A stretch of DNA of 64,000 nucleotides from Octopus vulgaris (taxonomy: Eukaryota): NCBI GenBank assembly GCA_951406725.2, contig OX597832.1:20274001-20338000 (forward strand), given 5' to 3'. Of this stretch, positions 43,566 through 57,464 are shown one piece after another (the stretch's first letter is position 1; each line of letters begins with the position of its first letter). The translations under genes and the position numbers were made by a program. Under the pieces are notes generated by a model. The model was not told the origin of the DNA and made no database searches. It saw only the letters and a list, made by a program, of their open reading frames with translations.

Positions 43566-44854
43566 GAGCAGCAGCACCAAAACCAACAACATGTAAAAGA
43601 ACAACAACAGCAACAAAATGAATCTTTGTGTATCCGCTTATGTTAACTTCTAACAAAATCCATAAAAATGCGTCAAGTAATTAGAGTGAAAAAGAAACGT
43701 TTAACAGTGCAAATTATCTGCCGAAGCAGGAACATTTTGTCGGAATTCGGAACGCATTGTAAAAGAGTATGGTTTGTTTTCTTCTTTTCCTCCACCTCCT
43801 CCACCACTTCCTTCTCCCCCTCTTTTTCTTTTTTCTTCTGCGCTTCTTCTTTTCCTTGTTCTTCTCTTCTTTTATGACTTATATTTAATTGAGCAAGCAA
43901 GCAAGCAAGCAAGCAAGTAAGCGAGCTAGCAGGTGATATCAGATGCTCTGTTAGATAGATGAGAGAGAAGCTGTTCTTGGACAGGTGAATAAGTAATTAA
44001 AACAAGCGAACGAAATCGTGTATGTCGCTAGAATTTGTCACGGCACATAGAGCTGCCTTGGATTTGACATTCGAAGTTTACAACTATTAGAGATGTAATA
44101 GATGTTACATGATTGTATATTTGTGTTTTCTATTTCTCTTTTTTTTTCTTGTATATTTTTCTAATTTTCATTCTCCCCGCATTTTTGTATACACTTTATT
44201 AAAATGTCTGTAAGCTTTTATTTACGTGTGTTATTTTCTATTCTATTATATATGTTTTATTCCTTATTCTGTTATTACATATACAATTTGTATTGTTAAA
44301 AAAAGACATAAAAAAAACAACAAAGCTGCAATAACAATAAGGTACATGATTGACATTGATGTAAAAGTATAAAAATACAAGTGATATAGGTTTTTTTTTG
44401 TATATTTTGTTCTTGTTTTTCTTTTGGTCTAAGTTAGTTCTGAATGTATTACAATGGTGTTTTATAGCTGTTTTCAGATTCAGACCGCTACATGACGATT
44501 TTTCTGTATTTAATTGAATCTAGCCATATATATTAGTTTTATTGATTTTATTTTCTATCGATCTACAGAAAAAATAAGCTGAAAAAACAAAAAGTTCACC
44601 GGGTGGTTATAGAGTTACCATCCGCGTAAGGAAGGAAGCTAAGCTTAGTGAGATATGTGAAAATAATATGCACTCTCAGCCTACTGTTTCTGTCTTCTAA
44701 AGCAGCATATTCATTTTCAATTTATCTGATAATCTGCCATCTTTAACACAAGGGCAATATTTGTTTTGAAAAGTTGTGTAGCCCATTAAACTGACTATAT
44801 ATTCAATACAAGCGCGGCGCACAAACATCCCCTCCCCAGACATACACCCACAAA

Positions 44855-44893
<39 letters not shown>

Positions 44894-44924
44894 TGTGGAA
44901 AACAAAACGAGAGTACTAGTGTGC

Positions 44925-45046
44925 CTCATGGTTGTGGACTCAGTCCCACTGCGTGCCACCTTGGGCAAGTGTCTTTCACTATAGCCTCAAGTATGCCAAA
45001 GTCTTGTGAGTAGTTTTAATACGCGGAAACTGAAAGCAGCCAAAAG

Positions 45047-45095
<49 letters not shown>

Positions 45096-45310
45096 TATGG
45101 TGGAGTGAACCTGTGTTCGTCCCTCACCGCTTGATAACCGGTGTTGGTGTATTTACGTCCCTGTAACTTAAAGGTTCGGCAAAAGTAAACTATAGAATAA
45201 TTATTAAGCTTTAAAAAAAGAAAAGTATTGTAGTCGATTCAATCAACTAAACATTCCTCCAAACGATACCCCAGCATGGCCGCAATCTAATAACTAATAC
45301 ATGTAAAAGA
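44925..45310 (+). mobile_element. Degenerate group B SINE
   Basis: CAGTCCCACTGCGTGCCACCTTGGGCAAGTGTC...CCAGCATGGCCGCA. Confidence 0.8.
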
Positions 45311-46334
45311 TTGAAGATGAAAGATAAAGCGCGTGATGTATGGAGTTCAAAACCTCTTAAGTGGAAAATGTATAATATTCTCCCAGCGACCGTAATTCAT
45401 ATCTCCTGCAAACATAACAGATATTCTAATATTTTACTATTGCTCTCCTTCAGATTTCCTCCGTTCGTTACAGAAATTTTATTCTTACCAACAAGAATAT
45501 TCTCAGACATGAAACAGATCATTTGTAGCGTCATAGCTCGAAATAAACGAAGCTTTAAAAATTGATATGGTTTTCGAGTGCCACAGGCGTCTCCTGCATT
45601 TTCGATTCAAGAGAGTTTCTTATCTAATTGTTTTACATCCTAGTGCTAATAACCTTTATCTACTGAGATTCTCTCAGCTAAAATCTATTTATTTCATATC
45701 ACTCGAAGTTTCTAAATTGTTATGATATGGTGTGAGGAGCAAGCATTTCTCGACAGTTTGAAAAATTATTTTTCAAACTAATATTAAGAATTGAAAGAAT
45801 CGTCTCAGGTCAATGGTAGAACGTCGGACACGTTGAGATTTCCAGGTTTTCCATCGAAGAAAGTTTTCAATCCGTTGTTTCACACTCTATTATTTATTGC
45901 TTTATCCAGTCCGAATTCAACCATGAAGAACAATTTATTTCATGACTTTCGAAGTTTCTAAATTCTTAAACTGTACATTCACACACGTGAGAGCGCATGT
46001 GTTCAAATGTATATGTGTATATGCGTTCAAATGTTTTATGTGTGATGTATATACAAGTAATTGGTGAGAGACAAATATGTTCTGTATGCGTAGGATTTTT
46101 CAAATGAATGTGAACTTAAACCCCGAATTCTTCATCCGGGACTAGACCCACAGCATCAAGAGTGGCTATAAGAAAAATCCAGGCGAGCAGATATGCAGAT
46201 AGTGATACAGATGAAAACGATTAGGTTCAGAATGCAAACACATACACGCACACATAGAGATACATATATATATTGTGTGTGTGTGTGTGTATTTATGCAC
46301 GCATATATATGTGCATATATTATAATATATTATG

Positions 46335-46371
<37 letters not shown>

Positions 46372-46400
46372 CATGTATATATATACATACATACACACTT

Positions 46401-46435
<35 letters not shown>

Positions 46436-46436
46436 T

Positions 46437-46471
<35 letters not shown>

Positions 46472-47589
46472 AAACTTGTTTTGTGGTTTGAAGATGTATA
46501 GGAATCTCAAAACGTGTAGCCGGTTTTAAATTTTGTAATAGATTTATTCAAACACCAAACCGGTTTCGACATTTTATGATTGATAAAAAAGAAACAGTAA
46601 TATAAGTGTAAATGTTCAATGATTGAAAATTCAGTCATATTGAGTTTTTATAAAAAAGAATATATATATAGGAACGCAAAAAGGATAAAAGAGATATATA
46701 TATATATGCATTTCCCTCTCTATATCTCTCTATATTTCCATTTATCAATCTTCTTATCTATCTATTTGGTATATCTATCTATTTGCCATATCTATTTAGT
46801 TGCCTATATGTAATTCACTCTTACAGAGATCCCTTGTATTTTCTCCCCAAATATAACGTCGTAAATACTTACATATGCAGTCTTGTAAGATATCCATATT
46901 TATATGCGTACCATCATATGAAGGAAATACGGAAACAGGCAGAGGCCGCCCGAAATTTAAGAATTCTAATAAAGGCTTTATACGCCCCTTTCCACACCGA
47001 TCTAGTAACCAAAATTAACATATTTTTATTAACTTAATTTTATTTAAACGTACGGAAATGTAATTCTAAATTCCATTTGAATCTATATTTCTCAAATATA
47101 ATGGGAAATATTTTTACTGTACAAAGAATTTTAGCAAAGAGCTCAATAAACAGGAAACATACCTATCTAGTTTAATAATATAATGAAATGCAATAAATCA
47201 AAATGAATCGACACTAGAAAATAGAGATAAACTTTGGGGAATTATGAATAGAGACATATAGACAATATTGCATACTTTGATGAGCACAACGGCAAAATGT
47301 ACAACGCATAAATTAATTTGACAGATTTCTTTATTTATTCGTTCATCCTTGCAAATTAAGAAAAAATGCAACAAGTCAAACAATGAGAAATAGACGTAAA
47401 TTCAAGAGAAATAATTCTATATAGACATAATATAAATAGCTTTAAGTCTTGCTTTTGGTTTCTGACACTTTCTTCCACTATCTCTCTCTCACTGACTCTC
47501 GCTCTGCCTCTCTTTTTCTCTTTATCCCTCTCTCTTTCCGTCTCTGTATGTATATATTCTTATAGATCTACAAACACACACAGACACAG

Positions 47590-47633
<44 letters not shown>

Positions 47634-47805
47634 GTGTGTATAGATGTGTATGTGTGTATTGGTTTATATAAATAAAAATATTTATTTATACAAATATGGA
47701 CATATGGAAATGAATACACACACACACATCTACAAAACCCAATGTGTATTATTTCTGTTTATGTGTATACCAACGCATACATCACACAAACTGTCACACA
47801 TACAC

Positions 47806-47856
<51 letters not shown>

Positions 47857-47920
47857 TACATACATATGTGTGTGTATGAGTATGTATGTGTATAACTATG
47901 TATGGATAGATTTATGTATA

Positions 47921-47991
<71 letters not shown>

Positions 47992-49102
47992 TTGCATATA
48001 TGTGTATATTATGTATATGAGTATTCATATATATCAGGATCTTAACGCGTGCTTCCTACATATGTTATACGTGCAACAATATATATGTACTTTGCATGTA
48101 TGCATCTATGTGAATATATATATGATCGTGTGTGTGTGCGTGTGTGTGTGTGTGTGCGTGTGTGTGTTTGTGTGTGTGTGAGTGTGTCTGTTGTTTGTGT
48201 TGTAGGTGTTGGTACGTGTGCGGGTGTATGTATATATACGTACATATATTATCTTATATTGACAGGCAATTTATTTCTTCTGCTATGTCAGATCTGACTA
48301 GCAACAAAACCAGAATATATTAATACATATATAAATACAGAACAATACAGAATGACAGTGTGAATGACATACACAAAAGAATAACAGTAAAAAAAAAAAA
48401 TTAACTCAACTGAATAAGCGAAGACAGGCATACTCACACACGTGCACATATATTACACACGCGCTTAAGTTATATGTATGCATATATATATATATATGTA
48501 TATAAACATATCTGTGTGTGTACATGTGTGTTTATACATATATATGTGTGAGTGGTGTGAGTGTATTAATACATTCAAACACACATACACGTTTGTGCAA
48601 GTCTAGGTTTTTGGTATACAAAAAAGTGCGTTTTGTAGATAGTTGCATCAAAATTTTGACCACTTATTCATTTATATACACACATGCATGTATGATGTAT
48701 CTGTGCGTATGTATATGTGACTTGATTTATGTATATTCCTGTATATAAATGTCTGTTTATTATCCTCTTCACAAGTACTTGAATTTTATAAACTTGTTTT
48801 CTAAAACCATGTTATTGACTAAACTTACTAGTATATTATATTAAACACCCATAGTTATGTCCAGTTCAGTAAATGCCAAGTATAAAACTTAGTTACTGTT
48901 CTAATAGAGAAAATATTATTTTAGATTTATGGTTAAGAAGAATATAGTTTTATTTTTAAAATTCTTATATATGTTGACGTTAATAATTTAATCGGCTTAT
49001 TCAAAATTCTAAATAGACAGATATGAGAACAGTTGGTTGAGGGATCATATACAAAGTATATTTGGTTTGCAAAATTATTTTTGTGAATTCATGAGTTGAA
49101 TC

Positions 49103-49289
49103 ATATTTTATTGTATCTGGGGAGGGTCATTCTCTTTTAGTGCCTTATTACATTAATACACCCATCAGTCTTATTTTCACTCATTTACTTATGTATAAAT
49201 AAGTAAACGAGCGGAAATCAGACCGGTGAGTGTGTCAAGTTAATATGACGCTAAAAGAGAATGACTCAATCGCATATACAATAAAATAT
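49103..49289. repeat. About 185-bp diverged fold-back (MITE-like)
   Basis: ATATTTTATTGTAT..GTCATTCTCTTTTAG pairs with CTAAAAGAGAATGAC..ATACAATAAAATAT; centre TTTACTTAT / ATAAGTAAA. Confidence 0.8.
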
Positions 49290-49690
49290 AAAATTATATT
49301 TAGAATATAAAGAAATTTATTATATTCATAAATAGTAAATATTCTTAACCTTTAAAAGTAATTAATTCATAAACATTTAATTTTCCTTTATTTATTAGTT
49401 TGAAATGAATTATTCCGCGGTTGATTTTTAGTCAGCTAATCATATATTAGTATAAGTTCTCGTAAAAGTATATTGCATGGAAGTAGAGGACTGCTCCACT
49501 TTCAAACAGTGAAAATAACAACTGAAATCTGTGAGTGGAACAGTAATAATATGCGAGACTTATCTCAAGTTCCAAATGTGAATTTGCCTGTGTTATCTTT
49601 GTTGGAAACCGGCTCCCTCTTCATTGGAAGATATATAATAACTAAAAAATAGAAGAGACATACATACCCCCATCCACTCATGTACATATT

Positions 49691-50075
49691 GTGGAGGTGC
49701 AATGGCCCAGTGGTTAGGGAAGCGGACTCGCGTTCATCGGATCGCGGTTTCGATTCCCAGACCGGGCGTTGTGAGTGTTTATTGAGCGAAAACACCTAAA
49801 GCTCCACGAGACTCCGGCAGGGGATGGTGGTGATCCCTGCTGTACTCTTTCACCACAACTTTCTCTCACTCTTACTTCCTGTTTCTGTTTTACCTGTATT
49901 TCAAAAAGCCGGCCTTGTCACTCTCTGTGTCACGCTGAATATCCCCGAGAACTATGTTAAGAGTACACGTGTCTGTGGAGTGCTCAGCCACTTACACGTT
50001 AATTTCACGAGCAGGCTGTTCCGTTGATTCGGATCAACCGGAACCCTCGTCGTCGTAACCGACGGAGTGCTTCCA
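49691..50075 (+). mobile_element. Group C SINE (body 1), full length with TSD
   Basis: A box TGGCCCAGTGG, B box GTTTCGATTCC; 11-bp TSD CATGTACATAT (49679-49689 / 50076-50086); matches the reverse complement of 59738-60120. Confidence 0.92.
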
Positions 50076-51154
50076 CATGTACATATAGAAATATATATAA
50101 ATTGACTTCATATTAATAATGTACACGTAAGTTCATCTTGGAGCAAGAGCAGAGCAGTGAGAGAGAAAAGAAAATGAGATCATTAGAGCCAGTCTCGAAA
50201 ATTCAATAACATCCGCTTTTTTAATCATATGTATCGCAGGATATTCACTGGCAGAACGTATTTAATAATTTAAAGATCTTCTAGGACACGTGTGTTTATT
50301 AAAATATACACTCATCATACATTCCGTAAGAAGATATTCTTATGAAACTGCAGAAAGCCTTGTGCGGAACGAACTGAGTATTATATGGTTAGTGCCACTA
50401 GTTATTCCCATTTTATAACTTTAACCTACCAGCAGCGAGGTCCACTTTTTCACTCCCCCTTTCGATGTTGATGAACTAAGTAACGCTGGAGTCAATATAA
50501 TCGATTAACTTCATTCCAATAGAATTTCAGCCGCTATGACTATAGTAGAGATAATTATTGGAAACTACGCCGAGTTTATTTTTGCATATCTGTATGTTTT
50601 TTTAACATACACATATGAACATTTGCCGGGAAAATTATTGGCCTATTAGAACTTCTTGCGTGCATTTGGCACTGTGTATGTCTTGCAAACAACTTGCACA
50701 TGCAAGTGCCACCATTCAAGAAGCCAGCAAGTGTATGGGGGTCATCAGGAGAGAATGCGTACCGTTTCGGCACCTACCTCTAGACGACATCAATGCGCAC
50801 CGGCCCCCACCCCTCACTGATATGAAGCCCCGCTTAAATAAACTCTTACATGTTGCACACGTGTGCAACGCAATTGCATCGGTTGTTCATGCACTTAGAA
50901 TAGGGAAACATTAAAGCACATAAAAGTGGACAAAGAAAAAGATAAGATAGAAAGTATAATCCGACAGCAAAGTAAAATTATATAGAATTGTACAAAAAAC
51001 AAACATCATGAAATGCTTAGTAACAGAATATTAAAAGTAATAAAATATGTAGTTGACAGGTATAAAAAAACTTGGAGACACCTAAGATGCTAAAATATTT
51101 TAAATCAGAAGATTCTATCGTACACACACACACAAATATATATATATACATATT

Positions 51155-51420
51155 TACAGAGTGGCCATAAAATCACGATCCATCCTGCAATATGAGAAAT
51201 GGCTAACACACTCTTTTTTATCTCTTTTCACAACTGCCGATATTACACACGAACCAATCTTCATTGGATGGAGACAGATGATCAACAAGACGAGGGCAAT
51301 GTAATAATGTGGTCTGGGATATGGCACAATCAAATAATTGGACCAGTTTATTTTGAGGGCTCTGTAACAGATGATTAGTATCTTGACATACTTGGCAACA
51401 ACATGATGTCTCACTTTGAA
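51155..51420 (+). pseudogene. Tc1/mariner-superfamily transposase fragment (rosa/DD41D-like by inference)
   Basis: HNCRYYTRTNLHWME...NVIMWSGIWHNQIIGPVYFEGSVTDD*YLDIL, preceded by TIR-like TACAGAGTGGCCATAAA. Confidence 0.75.
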
Positions 51421-51739
51421 GGGGAAATCCTGTCTGGTTTAGCCAAGAAAAACACACGCACCATATATGGCTGACCGTTAGTAAGGAGAGACACAAAAAT
51501 AAGAAAGAAGAAAGCAAAGGATCACAGATGAGGTCACAGATGTGTGACGAAAGAACTCTGGCCGAAATAAGATTAAGATTAATGTAAAAAATAAATAACA
51601 CTGAAGCAAATTAACACCAAATATACAGGGCGTCTGTTTTTATTGGCTAAACTGGCAAAATGACCATTCCTAAATACAACAACATATGTTTCAACACACG
51701 ATTTCACATCAAGAATCTTGCAAAACAAATATATAAACG

Positions 51740-51778
<39 letters not shown>

Positions 51779-52570
51779 CGAGAGAGAGAGAGAGAGGGAG
51801 AGAGAGATGGGGGGAGAGAGACGAGAGCAGAGAGATTACTGATACTTTGTAAGTAGGATTAAGAAAATCATTTCTATCCAGTTTGTAATATTTAACATTT
51901 AATATATACAACTCAGGGTTTAAATATAGGCTACTAATGGTTTCATGCTTTGGAAACAAATTATTCCGGCAGATTCACATATCATAGCTTATGTTTCCAA
52001 GCATTTGTTTTGGTTTCGATACACACGACATGTCTTGTTTGTAAAATCAGGATGCTGGCTAATGTGAACACATGAGAAAAAACGAGACGTAGAAGCAAAG
52101 TTTTGACCGAGAAGTGGTGGAAGAGAAAACAAAACGGAAATATAAACGATAGAAAAAGAAAGACAACCATGATTATATATATACACACAGGAATGCATAC
52201 GTTCATTTATATGAGTATTTATACATGTGTATATGAATTATATGTATAATATATGTATCTTGTATGTATGTATGTATATATATATACATATATATGTGGG
52301 TAAATGTATAATATATTTATGATATATATTTATAAATCAATATATATATAAATAGAGAGAGAACGTATTATATATTATATATAGCATATATGGGCATATA
52401 TCAGTATATATAGATGTATAGATATATGTACATGGGAAAATACAAATAATATAAAATCGAATTACACATACGTGTGTATGTTACTAAGTGTAAGCAGAGA
52501 GTAAATAACTAAATGTATACATAAAATAATTATACCAATATTGACATATTACTAAATAGGAAAGTAAGTG

Positions 52571-52609
<39 letters not shown>

Positions 52610-52792
52610 AAAAGAAACATAGAGAAATGTAAATAACATAAACAGGAAGACTGGTTGAACTAAGTACATGTGACAGTTTATAAAGACATGTCGCTAATGA
52701 CAATAAAAGCAACTACAAGAAACACGAAAAGAAAAAATAAAGAACAGCAACAATGAAAATAATAACGAATGTAGCAGCAGTAGTGGTGGTGA

Positions 52793-52870
<78 letters not shown>

Positions 52871-53176
52871 AAGTAGTGGTGGTGGTGGTGGTGGTGGTGG
52901 TAAAATAATAATAATGTCATGTGCTTAAGATATTTAATCAGGAAATATCCAGTAATGTTCTGGACACCTGTAGATAATACCTGTCTGTATTTGTAATCAT
53001 ATTTTTGTGCGTGAGTATGTGTGTGTGTGTGTGTTTTTTGTTAAAAATCTATTATGTGTTTGCATGCAGATGCAGAGAGAGAGAGACAAACATTCTTATA
53101 CACACTTTCACAGAAAGTGACTGTGTGTATATATATATATATATATATAAATTTGTGTGTCTTTGTGTGTGTGTAC

Positions 53177-53245
<69 letters not shown>

Positions 53246-53559
53246 CACATATATATTTAGATAAATATATATACACATATACAAACATATGCATTTAGAC
53301 AAGCTGGCACAAACTGTAATTCGTTTTTATCGGGATAAATGTTTGCGTTGTAGTATGAGATCCATTAAGAATTAGTATTTAAATATAATGACTTGCAAAA
53401 TACATATGTTCATATAATTAAGCGTGTATGATAACACCTATCTATTTATCTAGCTATGTATTTCTTTCTTTTTGATTCTCTCTTTTTCTCTATACGCATG
53501 CATATATAAAAAATCTATATATGTCTTTGCACATATATGTTTATATGTTTGTAAAGATT

Positions 53560-53603
<44 letters not shown>

Positions 53604-53652
53604 TGCCCGGAACATTGCTGGATATTTCCTGATTAAATAACTTAAGCACATG

Positions 53653-53718
<66 letters not shown>

Positions 53719-53846
53719 GCTACTACTACTACTACTACTAGTTTTATCATGGCTACCGAATAATTGTCACATATATTTACAGATAAATTCCTCTATTTAC
53801 ATAATACCGAGGTCTCTTTCTTTCTTTTGTTGTCTTACCATTTCTA

Positions 53847-53882
<36 letters not shown>

Positions 53883-54680
53883 AAGAGGGAGAGAAATATA
53901 TATATAGACAGATTGATAGATATATATATATATATAATTACTCCCACACACATACACACCCACACACACATATATGTCATTTAACATACAAAATGTTAAA
54001 AAGTGCTCCTAATAGTTTTATGCTGTAGATATACAGTAAAATGGTGGGTTTTAATAATCTCTCATCTGTGTCCAGTTGGCTAGCCATGTATAGGATCAGA
54101 AGATCAACTGTATGCAACACACAATCAAGTGAACGATCGCGGACAAAAGCTGCGCCAAATACACCTTTATCAAAAAGGTTTTGCGAAGCCAAAAACATCG
54201 CACTCCAAGAATTCGTCACAATTCTTAATTCCACAACCGAAATATTTAACAAATGCAAATACGTGGACAAGTTCATTTTGTTAAACTGGAGGACACCATC
54301 TGCTCCAGATTGAGTTTCTATCTTTCAGATTAAAACTTTTCTGTTACCTTTTTCTACACAAACATTATTACTTGTGATTTCTACACAGGAAAGATCTTGA
54401 TTTTCTTACAATTCTTTTAGTTTGACAGTTTGCATTAACATTCTTCGCGTTTTTCTAAATTTTACTCATGTTTTCATGTAGACCTGCATCCTGTTTTTTA
54501 AATACATTTAATGATATGCCCTGAGTCAGAAAGATTGCTTGGAGGTACATGACATGCTATATAAATCTGATGAATTACTGTGTCTCTAATGCATGAAAGT
54601 ATTACTACCGATTTCGTATTTTGTGTATTTTAAATAATGTTATCGCTCTATGAACCATATATATACAAGCTACTTACCAT

Positions 54681-55082
54681 CTGTGTGGTAAGTAGGTTGT
54701 TTACCAACCACATGGTTCCGGGTTCAGTCCCACTGCGTGGCATCTTGGGAAAGTGTCTTCTACTATAGCCTCGGGCCGACCAAAGCCTTGTGAGTGGATT
54801 TGGTAGACGGAAACTGAAAGAAGCCCGTCGTATATATGTATATATATATGTATACATGTGTCTGTGTGTGTTTGTGTGTCTGTGTTTGTCCCCTCAACAT
54901 CGCTTGACAACCGATGCTGGTGTGTTTATGTCCCCGTTACTGAGCGGTTCGGCAAAAGAGACCGATAGAATAAGTACGGGGCTTACAAAAGAATAAGACC
55001 CGGGGTCGAGTTGCTCGATTAAAGGCGGTGCTCCAGCATGGCCGCAGTCAAATGATTGAAACAAGTAAAAGAGTAAAAGAGT
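54681..55082 (+). mobile_element. Group B CORE-type SINE
   Basis: Close match to 17712 and 35811; 5' end carries a short inverted copy of its own head. Confidence 0.92.
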
Positions 55083-55095
55083 ATATATATATATA

Positions 55096-55290
55096 CTTTA
55101 TTTATAAGCAGCAGGAATATAACAAAAGCTGTTACTCAGAGTTTCACGTTCGTCGGACAGAACGTGAAACTCTGAGTAACAGCTTTTGTTATATTTCTGC
55201 TGCCTTTAAATAAAGCGTATTACTCTACCCCTGGTATTTGAGTACTCTTTTTTCCACCTTGCTTCAAATTTATGTGCTTACTCTGGTATA
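55096..55290. mobile_element. Penelope-like fold-back element with a CCGACGA hammerhead fold
   Basis: Inverted arms at 55096-55215; same family as 62971-63178 in the opposite orientation; TA-flanked. Confidence 0.75.
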
Positions 55291-55420
55291 TATTGCTGGG
55301 CTTATTTTAAACTGTAATAGGCATCATTTTATTGCCAGAGTACTTATATGCACCAAAATAATTCTGTTCTAATCACCCTGTTGCTGGTCTCATTTTAAAT
55401 TAAGGGCGTATATATATATA

Positions 55421-55646
55421 CGGTGAGCTGGCAGAAACGTTAGCACGTCGGGCGAAATGCGTAGCCGTATTTCGTCTGCCGTTAAGTGTTCTGGGTTCAA
55501 ATTCCGCCGAGGTCGACTTTGCCTTTCATCCTTTCGGGGTCGATAAATTAAGTACCAGTTACGCACTGGGGTCGATGTAATCGACTTAATCCCTTTGTCT
55601 GTCCTTGTTTGTCCCCTCTATGTTTAGCTCCTTGTGGGTAGTAAAG

Positions 55647-55650
<4 letters not shown>
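55421..55650 (+). mobile_element. Group A SINE (tail type 1) within (TA)n
   Basis: Head, central block and tail CCCTTTGTCTGTCCTTGTTTGTCCCCTCTATG...GTAAAGAAAT. Confidence 0.92.
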
Positions 55651-55687
<37 letters not shown>

Positions 55688-55839
55688 CAAACATTCATAT
55701 ACACATATTTTTATACAGATCTACACAAATATTTTATTGCCCGGGTACTTTTTGGCTACTTGCGTGCGTGTTTGTGTGTGTATGTGTGTGCATAGATGGG
55801 AATATTTCCGTATACTTTACGAAACTTTAGACATAGGCC

Positions 55840-56090
55840 CATTTGTTGCTGTAGGGTAAGCATTTTGCTTCCTAACCATATGGTTCCGGATACACTCACA
55901 TTGCGTGGGACCTTGGACAAGTGTTGGTTCTTTTTTACGTCTCCGTAAATTAGCGGTTCGGCTAAAGACCGATAAAATACGTGCCAGGCCTACAAAAATG
56001 TACTGGGATCGATTCGTTCGACTAAGAGTTGGTGAAGATGGTGCTCCAGCGTGGCCGATGTCTAATGCGGGAAATAAATAAATGATAAAA
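55840..56090 (+). mobile_element. Degenerate, internally deleted group B SINE
   Basis: AACCATATGGTTCCGG...CCTTGGACAAGTGT...TTAGCGGTTCGGC...GGTGCTCCAGC. Confidence 0.7.
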
Positions 56091-56382
56091 TGTAGGCTCC
56101 AAGTGATATTCAGTGAATATCAACAGGAATTATGAGTGAGAAAAAATAAAGCGAAGAAAAAGCGTTTAAATTCCATCACAACCTCTAGTTTGGGGATCGA
56201 ATCTAAAATGTATAAAAGGGCTTGAGGAGATCATGTTCATATGAGTACAGCCCGAAATGACGTTTACATTACACAGATACAAACACATACATACACACCG
56301 TGCACTCTGTCACGTCCTGCTCAACACAAACACGATTACATTGTGTGCATATACCAACAGTGGTGAATATATACACATTGAT

Positions 56383-56415
<33 letters not shown>

Positions 56416-56522
56416 AATAAATATATATATATAGATACATATATCCCTTGCTCGTCTTTTCTATTTCTCTATACATATATATGTATTAATATCTATATTT
56501 ATATATCATCCGTCTCTCTCTA

Positions 56523-56555
<33 letters not shown>

Positions 56556-56647
56556 CTGTGTGTGTGTATGTGTGTGTGTATGTATGTATGTATATATGTA
56601 TAGATAGATACATACATATACATGCATGCTTATGCACATATATATGT

Positions 56648-56684
<37 letters not shown>

Positions 56685-56770
56685 CATAATTATAAATATA
56701 TAGATATAGGTATGTACATATGTGTCTACATATATTCGTATATATATATACATATATATATGTATGTATG

Positions 56771-56820
<50 letters not shown>

Positions 56821-57299
56821 TTTCATATATATATATATATATATTCATATATACACTAGCATATTTATTAAATCTTATGTAAGATAACTGATGATAAATC
56901 AAAGAAACGAGAAAAATAAAATAAATAAGCAATGTGTACCTAATGCAATTATAAAGCTGTCAACATCTAACCTAGATACACGAAGACACAGCTTGGTCTT
57001 TCTCCTCTCTCTCTTCTTTCTTATCTTCTCCTGTTTTCTATTCCTCTTTACAGGGAAAAAAAAAATATATATATATAAAGAATAAAATTATAAAAAAAAG
57101 AAAGAAGGATCACAAAAAAAAAATAAATAAATAAATAAATAAATAAAACAAGAACTCCAAACATCACCATGTCATACATTGATAAATTATGTTGCCATAT
57201 GACAGAAAGTTAATTTCCAGCATACAACGGCCAGCAGGTAGTTCTAGCAACAACAAGAACAACAACAGCAGCGACAAGAACGAGAACAACAGTTATAGC

Positions 57300-57330
<31 letters not shown>

Positions 57331-57464
57331 GCAGCAGCAGCAGCAGCAACAACACCAACAACTAAAGCAACTATGCCGAGTGCGTCATCTGAAACAGCAA
57401 CACAAATACACACTCAGACACACATACACTCACAGAGCAACAACAATAATAATAATCATAGCTA

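Noticed and set aside
49691-49770. tRNA-like sequence with A and B boxes (also 58626 and 60040-60120)
   Set aside because: These are SINE heads continuing into repeated bodies with TSDs, and I could not fold a proper acceptor stem.
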